The translations under genes and the position numbers were made by a program. The notes under the pieces are model-generated. The model did not search any database, was not told where the DNA came from, and saw nothing but the letters and a program-made list of their open reading frames with translations. A DNA stretch of 63,882 nucleotides, counting the filler, from Perkinsus chesapeaki ATCC PRA-425 (taxonomy: Eukaryota; Protista; Perkinsozoa), in assembly GCA_013115145.1 (NCBI GenBank). It is 10 parts of 10 records of this genome, joined end to end, with 100 filler letters (N's around TTAATTAATTAA, not from the genome) between each part and the next. Parts side by side here need not be neighbours in the genome. Positions count along the whole stretch, not along the records: positions 34,673 to 39,765 come from JAAPAO010001194.1; positions 39,866 to 42,451 come from JAAPAO010001568.1; positions 42,552 to 46,267 come from JAAPAO010001369.1; positions 46,368 to 58,925 come from JAAPAO010000808.1; 6 more parts are not named here. The stretch is one strand, 5' to 3'. Positions 37,711 through 49,680 of the stretch are shown in pieces. The stretch's first letter is position 1; every line of letters starts with the position of its first letter.

Positions 37711-40700
37711 ATTTTTCACTGGTAAAATATGTAGAGGAAGTGAATCAGTCTTATTTTTGAGAAGACCAAGGATCTCCAATCCCCCACGAAAGGTGATATC
37801 ATCGGTAATATGTACCTCACAAACCGCATACTTATCTTGACGATAAGTAATAAAGTTTTGGGAGAGATTTGTACCCAACGCTGTAACATAATTGTCTGCG
37901 ACTAAGCGATCGTTAGTTAGTACAAATATGTGAGCCGCATATACATCAATTGTCTCATCACACACTTGGGCATCAGCATCTAGACGGCATGGTCGAACAA
38001 CATCATCCATAAACGTGGCCGGTTTCGGTAACCCAGTACATGGTAAACGCTGAGGACATCTACTCTCCAGATAAGTCGTACATAACTCCAAAGTAAGTGC
38101 AACAACAGCATTTCCATATATTAGATAAATAAACTTCCAAACCGAAAAGATCTTGTAACACCACCAAATCTCCAGTTCATTTGCCATAGTCGTTCCACAG
38201 TGTATGCACATATGCATCACGAACATCCAACAAATTCGCTGATTCCGCACGACGTAAGCGATGGACCACGAAGCTTATACGGCTCTTAGGATTTGGAAGC
38301 TTATACTTCGCCATAGCAAGCCGCAAAACATTATTGAGCTGAATCAAAGGGGTCACCACTCTATGCCTCTTTCGGCCCGCATCGCCATAAAAATTACTTC
38401 GAAACAGGTTCTTGCGAACATGAGTCACAGGAACTCTTTTGTCATCAACAGACTTTTCTAACTGAGCGGTACACTCCTTTAACAAACATCATCAGCTTTA
38501 GCCCAATACCAATAGACTTTAGCAGCAGGAGTTATCTCTAACTCGTCACGCTAATCACCAAACTCAGTTGAGAAATCGCTGAGAAAATAGAGTGAACCAT
38601 CAGGTTTTCGATGTACACTAGCTCTATACCATGCTCCATCGTAAATAACATGATAGATAGGATTCTCAGTTGAGGCGTATGTGGCCACCTTAAAATCGGG
38701 TACAACAATATCATTATTCAGTTTCAAATTCTCACCGCATTAACAATATCTTGACTGAGATTCTTCAATATCATTATCACCTAGACCAAGGGCTGAATAA
38801 GGAGGTGGTATCGGGTCTAGTTCCAATAATTTCTGATGGGGACACCAAAATAACGCTAAATCCTTAGCACCATCAACCGTTATAATTTCCAAAACGCGCT
38901 CGCCGAATAACAAGATATCTTTACCAAATAGACCATCACATTGAGGGTGCGTGATCTTTTCCAACAACATCTTTCCCAACACAATCTGTTCATTCCAACA
39001 GCGGTTGAGATAGTGCCTCGAAAATTTTTTTCAACACCGCACTAATTTTTCCAACACCCCAGGTATTCTTAACAACAAGTTGTAAAAATATCGTTTCCTA
39101 CAACCGTAGTGCCCTACTTATTCGACAAGCGTTGGATTTGTATTGGTTGGATTATCAGTGCCTGTATTCCCAACAATGTGTTGGATTAATGAGTAATGTG
39201 TTCAACAGTAGTACCCTGCTTTTTCAACACCAGTGTTCTACTTTCCACTGGGTGTTCACGTTTCATCGCGAGCTTTCAAAGCTCAGCTTCCTTAAAAGAA
39301 GTATCTTCCCAGGTCAACTTTTGCTCGACTCTACGTATATCTGTAAGTCTGGGTGTATAACGATTGGTGTACATGAATTACGTACTCATGAAACTCGTAC
39401 ACCAAATTTTTGACCTTTAACTGGTACACCAAATTCCCGTACACTCAAATCTCTGTCAACTAAATGTGTAAGAGCCATCGGGTGTACGAGTTCGAGAAGT
39501 GCGAAATCAAACTGAACCAAATCTTCGTGTACGACAATCATGCGAACGAGATCTTTGTGTACTGAACCTATTTTTGGTGTATCATTTACGCGATTTTTTT
39601 TCGGATAAATTTCGACCGCTACAATGGAAATGACCATGCACTCATGCCTACCTCACGCTCACCCATTCAAGCGATTGTCTGATATTGTGAGTCTACACCT
39701 TTTCAATCTCAAATTCGTCAAACAAAAGGGAAAGTTGAATGAACAAAACCAGCTTTTCGTCAAACNNNNNNNNNNNNNNNNNNNNNNNNNNNNNNNNNNN
39801 NNNNNNNNNTTAATTAATTAANNNNNNNNNNNNNNNNNNNNNNNNNNNNNNNNNNNNNNNNNNNNTTCAATCTACTTAGTGTCATTTCGCAACACACTTT
39901 ATACTTCAACATCAGTGCTGATTTGTACAGCAAACCTTCTAGCAACTTTCGAGCTTTATCGTATCGCTCGAGTGTATGAAAGATCCAGACAATAGGACGC
40001 TCATAGCGGGCTATCGTCTCTGGTAACTACAACCCACATCGAACGAGTCTGAGGATGCGTGGCGAAGTACGAGAGATTTCTGCAGCCACTTCAGTCTTCG
40101 CTTCTCACTGCTCCCTTATTTCTCGTTCACAGTTCGGTTCTTGTGTTAGTATCTAATTATCGATGAGACTTTCATGTTAACCAATAATTGGGACAAGCCG
40201 AGGGGCCCTCGGCGAGGGCCTTCGCGTTGATAGTACTATAGGTACGACCAACGCGTAGCAATTATATCAACAATCCAATTGGTTCGGAGTGAATATATCG
40301 ACTGTGTGTGTTGTCGTATGCAACTCTGAGTAGCCCGCTCATGTGAAGACGTATTTGCGCAAACATTCGATGAGTCCCACAGATAGGGCAAGCTCCACAG
40401 GATACAGTGATGTAACGCCGCGGAGCAGGTGTAGCCTATAGGAGGCCTCGGGAGGGTGAGAGACAACAAAGAAATGAGCGAGTCGAGCGACGAAGTAACG
40501 AAAGACAAGGGGCATTTTCTCTAAGGAAGTTATTCACTGTTTTCGGTGATCCGCTCATGAGCTGTCAACTCAGAAGCCGAACTACGTTGACAACTGATAG
40601 AGCGCCACTCTCCTCAATATTTATCCTCACTTATTCAAGACATGTTATTCACAACCACAACAACATCATCATGTTTACAGTAAACCTAGCGCTCTACCTA

Positions 40701-41885
40701 TTACTTGGCTGTTCTATTATCACTCGCATCTTCATCATCCCCAACAGTATCTGATCCCGTGTCTTTAGCATCACTTTCATCTTGAGGTAGTTTCTTGTAA
40801 TCATGTTCCTTCATCTTTTTCCATGCTTTGTCATGCCCTCTCGGGTTCTTTGTCAATCTTCCCTTTTCCACCGAACCATCATTATCAGTATAATCTTTCC
40901 CAATGTCATCCATCCTCTTCGATTCCTTCACAGGTACAGGTTCTTTCACCTCTGCTGGGGCTATAGTGGCTACGTTGTACTCCTTGGAAAGATACACGTC
41001 CCAGGTGAACTCAACTTGCTCATATTTCAGGTGTTGCTCAAATGCCGTACACTTTGGTTGAAGAGCGATGGATTCTGTTAATAGTGGCACCCGCTCCTCG
41101 TCATACAATGAGTAGTCGTGTGTCGATCTTACAGGACTGAGAATCATTTTATAACGTTGCTCGGGTTGGTCACGATCCAAACGTGGTTCGAACGATACTA
41201 GTGCCATGATAGAATCGCAAACAGCATGGTAATGTATGTGTTTCACATCAGACCTAATTATTTTGCTATCCTGTAGGTCCCAACGTGCACCCTCATCAGA
41301 CACATCAAGAATGAGTGTGAACTTGCCTTTCACGCTTCCACGGTATTTGCCTCTGATATCAGCCTCGAGACCCCTGCAAGGTTTTAGCGTCGAGAATTTC
41401 TCAAGTGCTTTCAGTTCTTCTTCAATATCTTTCCTTACTGCTGGCTTTTTAGTATCTTTGCTCGGGGCCATAACGGACGCAACATTGCCGAAATACTTCG
41501 AATTAAGTCGAGCCTTGAATTCCTCAGAAACTCCTTTTTCATCGACTCGCAGAAAATGAACGCTTTTGACCGGCTTCTCTTTGGTACCATTTTTAGCAGC
41601 AAATGTTGTTAGGAAGTTAACGTGATATAAGGTTGCGTTGTTGTACGAGGATTCGTCGAATAATATGAATTCACGACGAGCTCCGTCAACTGTGTTGGCG
41701 GCAAAATCCCGATCATAGGGGTAAAAAATGTACTCTATTTTTTGACCGTCATTATCATAAGCATCGGCATATAGGTATTGTAGTTCGCGTATGATGGGAA
41801 CATTAGCCTTGGATTTGGTCCGGTTACTTCTCAGCGTTGATTCGACAAGTTTGAAGAATAGAACAGAAGAGATAAGACGACGCAT
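40701..41885 (-). CDS. Hypothetical secreted protein with a charged D/K/E-rich C-terminus, intronless
   Basis: Long uninterrupted ORF with a signal-like start MRRLISSVLFFKLVEST. No family recognised. Confidence 0.7.
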   Translation of the reverse strand: MRRLISSVLFFKLVESTLRSNRTKSKANVPIIRELQYLYADAYDNDGQKIEYIFYPYDRDFAANTVDGARREFILFDESSYNNATLYHVNFLTTFAAKNGTKEKPVKSVHFLRVDEKGVSEEFKARLNSKYFGNVASVMAPSKDTKKPAVRKDIEEELKALEKFSTLKPCRGLEADIRGKYRGSVKGKFTLILDVSDEGARWDLQDSKIIRSDVKHIHYHAVCDSIMALVSFEPRLDRDQPEQRYKMILSPVRSTHDYSLYDEERVPLLTESIALQPKCTAFEQHLKYEQVEFTWDVYLSKEYNVATIAPAEVKEPVPVKESKRMDDIGKDYTDNDGSVEKGRLTKNPRGHDKAWKKMKEHDYKKLPQDESDAKDTGSDTVGDDEDASDNRTAK

Positions 41886-41944
41886 TGGGAGCATGGCGAA
41901 AAGACACCTGCACGAAAAAGCCTTATCCTTGATTTAATGGACGC

Positions 41945-41993
41945 CAAAATTTAGCAAATGGAATACAATTTGTATTCCATTTGCTAAATTTTG
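41945..41993. repeat. Perfect 49-bp palindrome (24-bp arms, 1-nt centre)
   Basis: CAAAATTTAGCAAATGGAATACAA-T-TTGTATTCCATTTGCTAAATTTTG. Confidence 0.95.
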
Positions 41994-42262
41994 TATTATA
42001 CAAATAACAATGAGGCAATTATAAGCAATCTTATTATTTCGAGATTTCACACCCCCTGTTCAGTGACCAGATTTTAAGTTTCAGAAAAGATTTTGAGATT
42101 CATTGTTCGTAGAACCAGTTTCGGAAACGAATGCGACGGAATTTGGGCCGCTACTGAAAACAGTGAATCCTGAAAATAGTGAAGAGAAGTAAAATCTGGT
42201 TAATGAGATAATTCACCCACTAGAATCAGTGAAAGCCTGATTATAGTGAATGACATTCTCGC

Positions 42263-42307
42263 TTGACATCCGCCATCGTGAAGCCGCTTCGCGATGGCGG
42301 ATGTCAA
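42263..42307. repeat. Near-perfect 45-bp palindrome (22-bp arms, one mismatch, 1-nt centre)
   Basis: TTGACATCCGCCATCGTGAAGC-C-GCTTCGCGATGGCGGATGTCAA. Confidence 0.95.
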
Positions 42308-42551
42308 AAATTTCCAACTCGGAAATTGAGGCTTCGCAGATAGAGTTTCAGGCGAGCGAGAGTTTATTATGCGCACAGGGCATCGTCGCGCGCCGCCCGC
42401 AAAATCTCTGCGCGCGCCCTCAAAAACTCTTAATCCACCCTCAAATTTCTANNNNNNNNNNNNNNNNNNNNNNNNNNNNNNNNNNNNNNNNNNNNTTAAT
42501 TAATTAANNNNNNNNNNNNNNNNNNNNNNNNNNNNNNNNNNNNNNNNNNNN

Positions 42552-42989
42552 GATACTAGCCGTCTTCACGACACAGAGCATCTATGTCCTCAATAAATGT
42601 TTTCGTGGTCGATATACCCCCATTAATACTTTTTAGTCTACAAGTAAACCGAGCGATCTTCGAGGAACTTTCAAGTGTCGCGTTGTTTGTTAATCACAGT
42701 GTATTTGAGTGTCACACACAAAGGCAGCTTAGACACCCGCATACCAAGACAGGCTCAAGTTGCTAACGAACACCCCAGTATACTGAGCATGTTCTCAAGT
42801 TGAACTATGTGACACACATATGATGTTCAGATATGCAAAAGGGCCAGATGCTAGACAACCCACACAACATTTATGGACGTGTAGGTACTTCACCGAAACG
42901 ACTCTCGACGTGAAATAGTATTGAACTACTCGACTGCCAACTTTTGGAATTTCAAAATTTAAATGCCAAGTGAGGGAGCCTATCAATCC
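42552..42989 (+). repeat. 438-bp direct repeat at both ends of one contig (copy 2 at 45830-46267; period 3278 bp)
   Basis: The two copies align end to end with about 8 substitutions; each runs into a contig end. Confidence 0.93.
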
Positions 42990-43284
42990 TGCTGCAGGAT
43001 CCTTGCACTGAGAAGCAGTCAAGCTACATCGTGTTGTACTCGCCGGCAATAAGCCCTTGCGAAAAGATAGGACTGATCAGCATATTCCCCTGCAAACACT
43101 GCCGGACTTTTCCTAGCTACATCTTATTAGGAGCATCCTACCATGATATAATTCGAGTATCATTTATTAGCGTACCGCTCCGGTCGACCAGTATAACTCA
43201 ACGCCTTCGGCGGTTGTATCAACTGAAATCGCCAGTTACATCATGCTTTATCCACCACCAGACACCATCCATGCTAACATGGAT

Positions 43285-45200
43285 TTATTCAACTCCGACA
43301 GAACGTGCGAACTCTACTACAGCCCACATCAAAGGCGGATGTTGGCAAGTGAAATCATGTCCACTTACAACGCCATTCGGTGCCACTTTCACATACCACC
43401 GCTCTAGATCGTTCTGAACATTGTTGTATGTATGTGGACCATCAACAAAGAGCATATCTATCGACTCGTTAGGAATAACTTCTGCCACTTCGCTGGATGT
43501 ATTGTGATATATCATTGCACGACGGCCAAACTGAATGAAGTCTGACTTAGCGTCCTCGTTGAGGTTTGGATCCATAGCAATATACTCATTTAACTGTGGA
43601 TATCTCTGTAATAGAACCTTACCATTTGGACCACAGGCCATTCCAATCTCGACAAAGGTAGCCTTCTGCCTCTTTCCAGCTTCGCTGATCAGGTGAGCCA
43701 CAACATCCCAGTGGCGACCATATATCTCGTTGCTCCAACGTATGGAGGGAATGCCATCTAAAGCCGCCGACCTTCCACTGACAGTGACGATCTCGGAATA
43801 GAGTTCACTCAGAGCGAACGTGAGTTGTGCTTGCTCCATAAACTGTCTCCAGTAACCGCTTGCTTGCAGAGTACTTTGAATTGACACTCCCTCGGGTATT
43901 GTTAATACCCGATTATCTCTGTGCAATAAATTAGTGGCACGCTCCAGATCCAATGCCTCTCGTGCACTCAAGGCGATCGCCATCGGGAAGATCTCAGATA
44001 GAAGTTGCCGGGTTGATTGGCGGCCCTGAGCAATCGCTTCTCCCGAGTCGACACCACATGCGGATAGAATGCGATCGTTATGAAGTGGATGAATGTGTTG
44101 GAGGACACCAGCGTCACACACCTCCGAGTCGGACACGAATTCGCTGAGTTACTTCAAGCCCAAAGAGGACGACTGAGAGGAAGAAGCTGTTCTGAAGAGC
44201 TAGACTTAAAAAGGAAGCAAAAAAAGCGAATGGAATTTTCATTGCTGAATATGGCTTATAGTTCAAGCCACCGATGGGGAATGAGGCTCATTCAATTGGC
44301 AACTCTCTACTGCGCGTATAACTCTCAAACGCGCGAGGGAAAGTTGTCCAATCTTTATCGATGACGAATTTATTATAGTAAGTTACTGTAAGATTGTAGT
44401 CTACATTATGTGGAGGACTGAGATCGTGTTCAATCTCCCTGTCCAAGTTGGATATGAACTGTTCACACGTAACGGTTTAAATTACATAGTCTAAGGTTAT
44501 TATTTGCTATATACATATTTGGCATGGGAAGCAGCTTCCATGCGTTTCGGCGAGTCTGCCTAGTAAGTGATTATGACTTGGCTCGATTGGATTTTTAATC
44601 TTTCCAAATAATCTGTTATTCTCTCCGGGAGAGTCTTTCGCGACAATACGCCCGAGAGTGCTGCTATATGCGCCTCTGGTGGAGCATCATACAATTCAGT
44701 GATTCAGTGTCTCAGTTGACGAGTAAAGGAATATCATCGTGATACGGCGGCCGTATGACGGCCCACAGCCATTCGGCGCCCACCCGTGGCATGCCGCGAG
44801 TCGCTTTGCTAGTCCTGCCCTCCATGTGTCTTGCGGCAAGACTCTTGCCAACACTTTACCGGGCTGCACAAACATACGCCCCGCACAAGTATGTGCATCA
44901 TTTTCTGGAAGATTCGCCCACATGATGTCAATAAGGCCATGCAATCCAAATACTCGGTAGTATACTTGCTTCTTCGAGTATGGCTCTTGCGCCGGCTAGT
45001 GCCGCAACGCGGGCTTCGAACGCCAACCGTCTCGATGCAGATTATTTTAACTAGCTTTGATGACTTGAGGCTGAGTATTCTGCTGATGATATCCGACAAG
45101 TTATCGGTAACGATGGAGCGGTAGTGCGACAGGCTAACAATGACAAATCGCTCGTCAGTAAATCTTTCCGGAGAGCTAGAAACCCAACCATACACTGAAT
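43285..45200 (-). CDS. Class I SAM-dependent methyltransferase (Methyltransf_24-like); 5' exons approximate
   Basis: Last exon has FVEIGMACG, IDMLFVDGPHTY and GVVSGHDF. That ORF has no ATG, so upstream exons (~44700-45200) are needed. Confidence 0.8.
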
Positions 45201-45395
45201 CATTCCATTCAGAGATGAATCCGCGAGCTGACTGAGTTTGAGTTACAGCAGCATCGAGCCGACGCCGTCAGATGATCTCGTTCAGGCATAATGAACATAA
45301 CGGAGCGTGGCTCAAAGAACTGCTCCGCTGTGCAAACCACACCTACCAAAGAATCACCGTTCATCGACGACGCGTTAGAAATTGCAAATTGCACT

Positions 45396-45812
45396 ATGAG
45401 AATTATCATTGTAACTGCTGCTTTAACCGCGGCCCTAGCTGGTCAATGTTCCAAGTCTGATGAAGCCTTTTGGAAGAAGTATGGTGTGCACTTCAGTAAC
45501 TTCATGGCTGGATGTGTTATGACTAGCCTTGGTCAGAAAGCTTCGATCGTGCAATGTATGAAAGCCGACAAACACTGGGCTCTATCTGCCGGGTGTACCG
45601 ATTGTTTCGCTACATTTGGTGCCTGCACCTTCCCTAAGTGTATCACAACATGCTCGACCTACGGCGTTGGTGATAAGAGGTGTTGGTATTGTAACATCAA
45701 GACCGCTTGCCTTAAGGCTCTATATGATTGTACAGGTTATGGTCTATCACAGCTCCCTCCTAATCAGACTGGAACAGAGGCTCATCTCCCTGATATGCGC
45801 CTGATGCTGTGA
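45396..45812 (+). CDS. Small secreted cysteine-rich protein (138 aa, 12 Cys)
   Basis: Signal peptide MRIIIVTAALTAALAG. The mature part has 12 regularly spaced Cys (CxxC, CxxxC, CxxxxC). Confidence 0.8.
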   Translation: MRIIIVTAALTAALAGQCSKSDEAFWKKYGVHFSNFMAGCVMTSLGQKASIVQCMKADKHWALSAGCTDCFATFGACTFPKCITTCSTYGVGDKRCWYCNIKTACLKALYDCTGYGLSQLPPNQTGTEAHLPDMRLML

Positions 45813-46374
45813 TATCTCTCTAAGAAGGAGATACTAGCCGTCTTCACGACACAGAGCATCTATGTCCTCAATAAATGTTTTCGTGGTCAATATACCCCCA
45901 TTAATAGTTTTTAGTCTACAAGTAAACCGAGCGAGCTTCGAGGAACTTTCAAGTGTCGCGTTGTTTGTTAATCACAATGTATTCGAGTGTCACACACAAA
46001 GGCAGCTTAGACACTCGCATACCAAGACAGGCTCAAGTTGCTAACGAACACCCCAGTATACTGAGCATGTTCTCAAGTTGAACTATGTGACACACATATG
46101 ATGTTCAGATAAGCAAAAGGGCCAGATGCTAGACAACCCACACAACATTTATGGACGTGTAGGTACTTCACCGAAACGACTCTCGACGTGAAATAGTATT
46201 GAACTACTCGACTGCCAACTTTTGGAATTTCAAAATTTAAATGCCAAGTGGGGGAGCCTATCAATCCNNNNNNNNNNNNNNNNNNNNNNNNNNNNNNNNN
46301 NNNNNNNNNNNTTAATTAATTAANNNNNNNNNNNNNNNNNNNNNNNNNNNNNNNNNNNNNNNNNNNNTATTCAG

Positions 46375-47870
46375 TTAGCAGACAAGAAGCGGAGGGGGGC
46401 AGCTTTGGCGAGCTACACTCCCCATAGAATTCCTAGTAGCAAAGTCATGCACAGAGACACGGTAGTTGTGAATCACACTGCAGCTTTGGCCTTGGACTTC
46501 CGCTGGAACCTCCGCGAACGAACGGATGTCTTCCCAGCATTTTCCTGGCCCAGCAAAGTGGTAGATATAGGCATCCCCAAGCTCGGTGAAGTTCTGCGTT
46601 GTAACGACATAATTTATGTCTATCTTTTCGGGGTCCACGAATCCGAATATTGATGAGTTACGAGAACCAGGAGGGCCGAATAGTTCTTCAGAAGCTTCCC
46701 ACCAGCAGAGGGAGTATGCAGCTACACCTGAATGAGGCAAGATGCCTCGTGCGACATCCCAAAGTCCACAAGACCTCTGAGGTTATATTCGAAATATCTT
46801 TTATCCAACGATTGAAATACGTTGCCAGTGGCTTACTGTGGTCTCCATTAGCTCCCGGCAAGGCATGCTCAACGCAGCGGGAATCGTACTTGAGAGGCGT
46901 AGAATCATCACCGAACTCGAGGACTGTCTCATCGAAAGCTGCTTGGTCATGGTGCGCGGTTTGCATCCATGACATCTTCTCCAACAGGGATTCCAAGAAC
47001 GCCAGCCCTACCCTTCCTCCACGCAGGGCGACTACCCCATTGTTCAGCGTGCCAGGTGGAATGATATCTCGGATGATCACTTGCTGGGTCGGAAAATTTA
47101 CACCAACGTATCGAGCGAGGTCGAAGTCCCAGAAAGCGAGGTTCAGCACTGTGTCCGCATCCACAATAAAGAGAAGGCCGAAATCGGGTAAATGAGCCTA
47201 TACGAATAAAATTCAACGCCGTCTTAATATGCCCCACCTTAGCTCTGATCCATCTCATCCAGTTTGGGTGACGGTAATCACGTTGCAGCATCCACTGGTC
47301 TGTGTCCAGTATAAGATCCATACCCCATCTTCTACACCAGCAACGCCACAATGTGATAGTTGCCTGTGCAACATGAAGCATGTCTGGCGTGAGAGCTATA
47401 AGAAGTCCCGTCTTCTCTCTTCTCGCGTCCACTGCATCTTCCTTAGGCAACGGCTGTGGCCTTCGCCGCTCCTTGTAGCGAAACTTAGAGCAGAACGATT
47501 TCCTGCTTAGCACCACCTCGTTCAAGATCGAACTGTTAACAGAGTATTGTTCATCTTCGCTGGCGAATTTCCGAAGTAGGTCATGTGCTCGAACTCCAAG
47601 TAGAACGCTCTTTGTACAGTCGTGCATGTCCTGGATATGTGTATTAGTGGCGTAGATGGCCAGCGCCAGAGAACACGCTTCCGCACATGTTCGACATCGA
47701 CTTGACTCTCCCTCCTCAAAGCCAAACGGAGCGAGTGCCTCAGCGGTTCGTTGGCATCTTGGGGATGCTTCATAGAGCAGATGAAAGGATGCCACTTTGC
47801 CCGCAGCACGGGCAAAAACTTCCGGAAAAAACCGGAAAAACCGTGCGGGGAAAAACTTCCAACGCCTCAC
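46375..47870 (-). CDS. Glycosyltransferase, GT34 (GMA12/MNN10)-like, multi-exon; start approximate
   Basis: HPNWMRW, DxD motif FIVDADTVLN, LNNGVVALR, DQAAF and YIYHFAG in the expected order across exons. Confidence 0.7.
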
Positions 47871-48249
47871 TAAAGGCTCACAGAGCCCTAACGTATGTGG
47901 GGAACTGTGTATATCACATTAGGTGATATACTGCTTTAATAGTTCAGATTCACCTATCTAACTGTGCAGCCACAAGGGACAGTGCGAGCATAACAATTAT
48001 GCCGTACCCACACTGACCAAGCTATATCGACATCACACCACAGCTACTCTCGAGCTAGTGTGACAGTCAACATAGAATGATCTAGCTTCTGCTAATAAGT
48101 ACTTCAAAATGTTATCTACAATATTTACAAGATTCTCAAGCTCAACAACAGAAGTGAGTGAGGAAAGTATCGTACTGGAGGAAAGGTATAATGCTTGATC
48201 AACTACCGAGCGAACGAAAAACGACACCTTATGCGCACGGTGGGAAGCG

Positions 48250-49110
48250 CTAAGTCATTTGCTGGGGTATGGTGAAATCGGAGAGCTGGTCGGGACACTC
48301 GCCACCATAGCGAGCCTCGAGGACATCCGCGGGAATGGACTCCAGAAGGGTGGGCTCGTAGCCCGTGTGAAAGATCTCGATCTTCTTAGTTGTAGAGGGA
48401 TCAAGCAAACGCATGACCAGCTTGGCGAATGTGTACATCATCCGGGGCATGTTAACAACATACATATGACCGAGTCTAGCACAGTACATCGTTTGCATTA
48501 CACTCATTACAGGGCTCATCATACTGATAGGGAACGCCCAGGCAGAACATCCTTGCAGATCAACCAAGCAAGTCTGCTGTTCCACGTGTAATGGACAAGT
48601 CAATTGTTGCTCGAGAACTTCCATCTGATAGATAGCTGCTTTGGCGCAATCATCGGAGGATAGATTCTCAGTAATATATATACCAGGCCGAACTACCAAA
48701 ATGGGTCTAAGGTATTTATCCCGCCCGTGCCAGTATATAACACCAGTGTCGAGAACAGGCTCAATCTCGGGCAGGCTCACAAGCCTCGTCTCTTTGTATT
48801 TGCGCAACTTGCGCAAATCTTCTGCGGCTTTTGGGATGTTCCAATGGTCGCCTTGAAGCAACCTTAAAATATGGGAGCGCTCCAAACCAGAGCCCTCCAG
48901 GGGGTCGGTGATAGAGTTAGCCGCCCAATATTTTTCAAGCTCATCCAGCTGCTGTAGCTCAAACGGCGTAAGGCAAAGATCTGGCTCTTGCAGAGTGGAG
49001 CCGAAGAAGCTCCTTTGCTGCGTGGGGCCAGATCCTTCGACCAGGGAAGGAGGTATCTGATCGAAAGGGTTCGAGCAGCAAAGTGAGCTATCATCATTCT
49101 GCTAGAGTTC
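48250..49110 (-). CDS. CRAL-TRIO (Sec14-like) lipid-binding protein; 5' part unresolved
   Basis: ILRLLQGDHWNIPKA, GVIYWHGRDKYLRPILVV, LVDLQG, MYCARLGHMYVVNMP, KIEIF, VLEARYGG. The frame stays open upstream to a TAG/CAG possible acceptor near 49100. Confidence 0.88.
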
Positions 49111-49680
49111 ATCACCAGAGCTATGATCGATAAAAGATGAAAAGTGAACGAAAGATTCCGAGCCTGCTGAACTACAGGATTTGGCAGGGAATGTAGTCGC
49201 AATGATAACTCAGCAAGGTCATCAACCACACCCGCACAACTCTCTATAATGGAGATCCGATTCACGCCGATTTTATGCTTCCTCAATTGCGGAACGCTAA
49301 CGATCTACGGAAATGGTACGATGTTAGCCCCCCATTTCTGGTGCTGCTAACCAGGACTAGCCCAGAGCAGTATATATTCCCCTGTAGGGCATGTATTGCA
49401 GGCCAGACACCACTGGGAAGAAGCTCCTCCTCACTACGGACTCGATAATACTACTTATTGGCAGTAAGTCATTTTGGGAACCACATTTCTGGTGGGTACT
49501 CTTCTACAGTGCCCTAGGATACCAAACACTAGTGTGCTCTTGAAATGAAAATATACCGCGGGCCCAAATTGGCTTTTTAAGACGACCATCGAGATACATG
49601 CCTTACTGGATATCTACGGCCAGAGCTAGGAGATAGAAGAGGAATGTGAAGTATCCTAGCCGATATAAGTGAGCTTTCCG

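Noticed and set aside
38177-38982. Polinton DNA polymerase or Helitron helicase
   Set aside because: Only a VDDKR-like fragment; no polymerase B or helicase motifs could be found in order.
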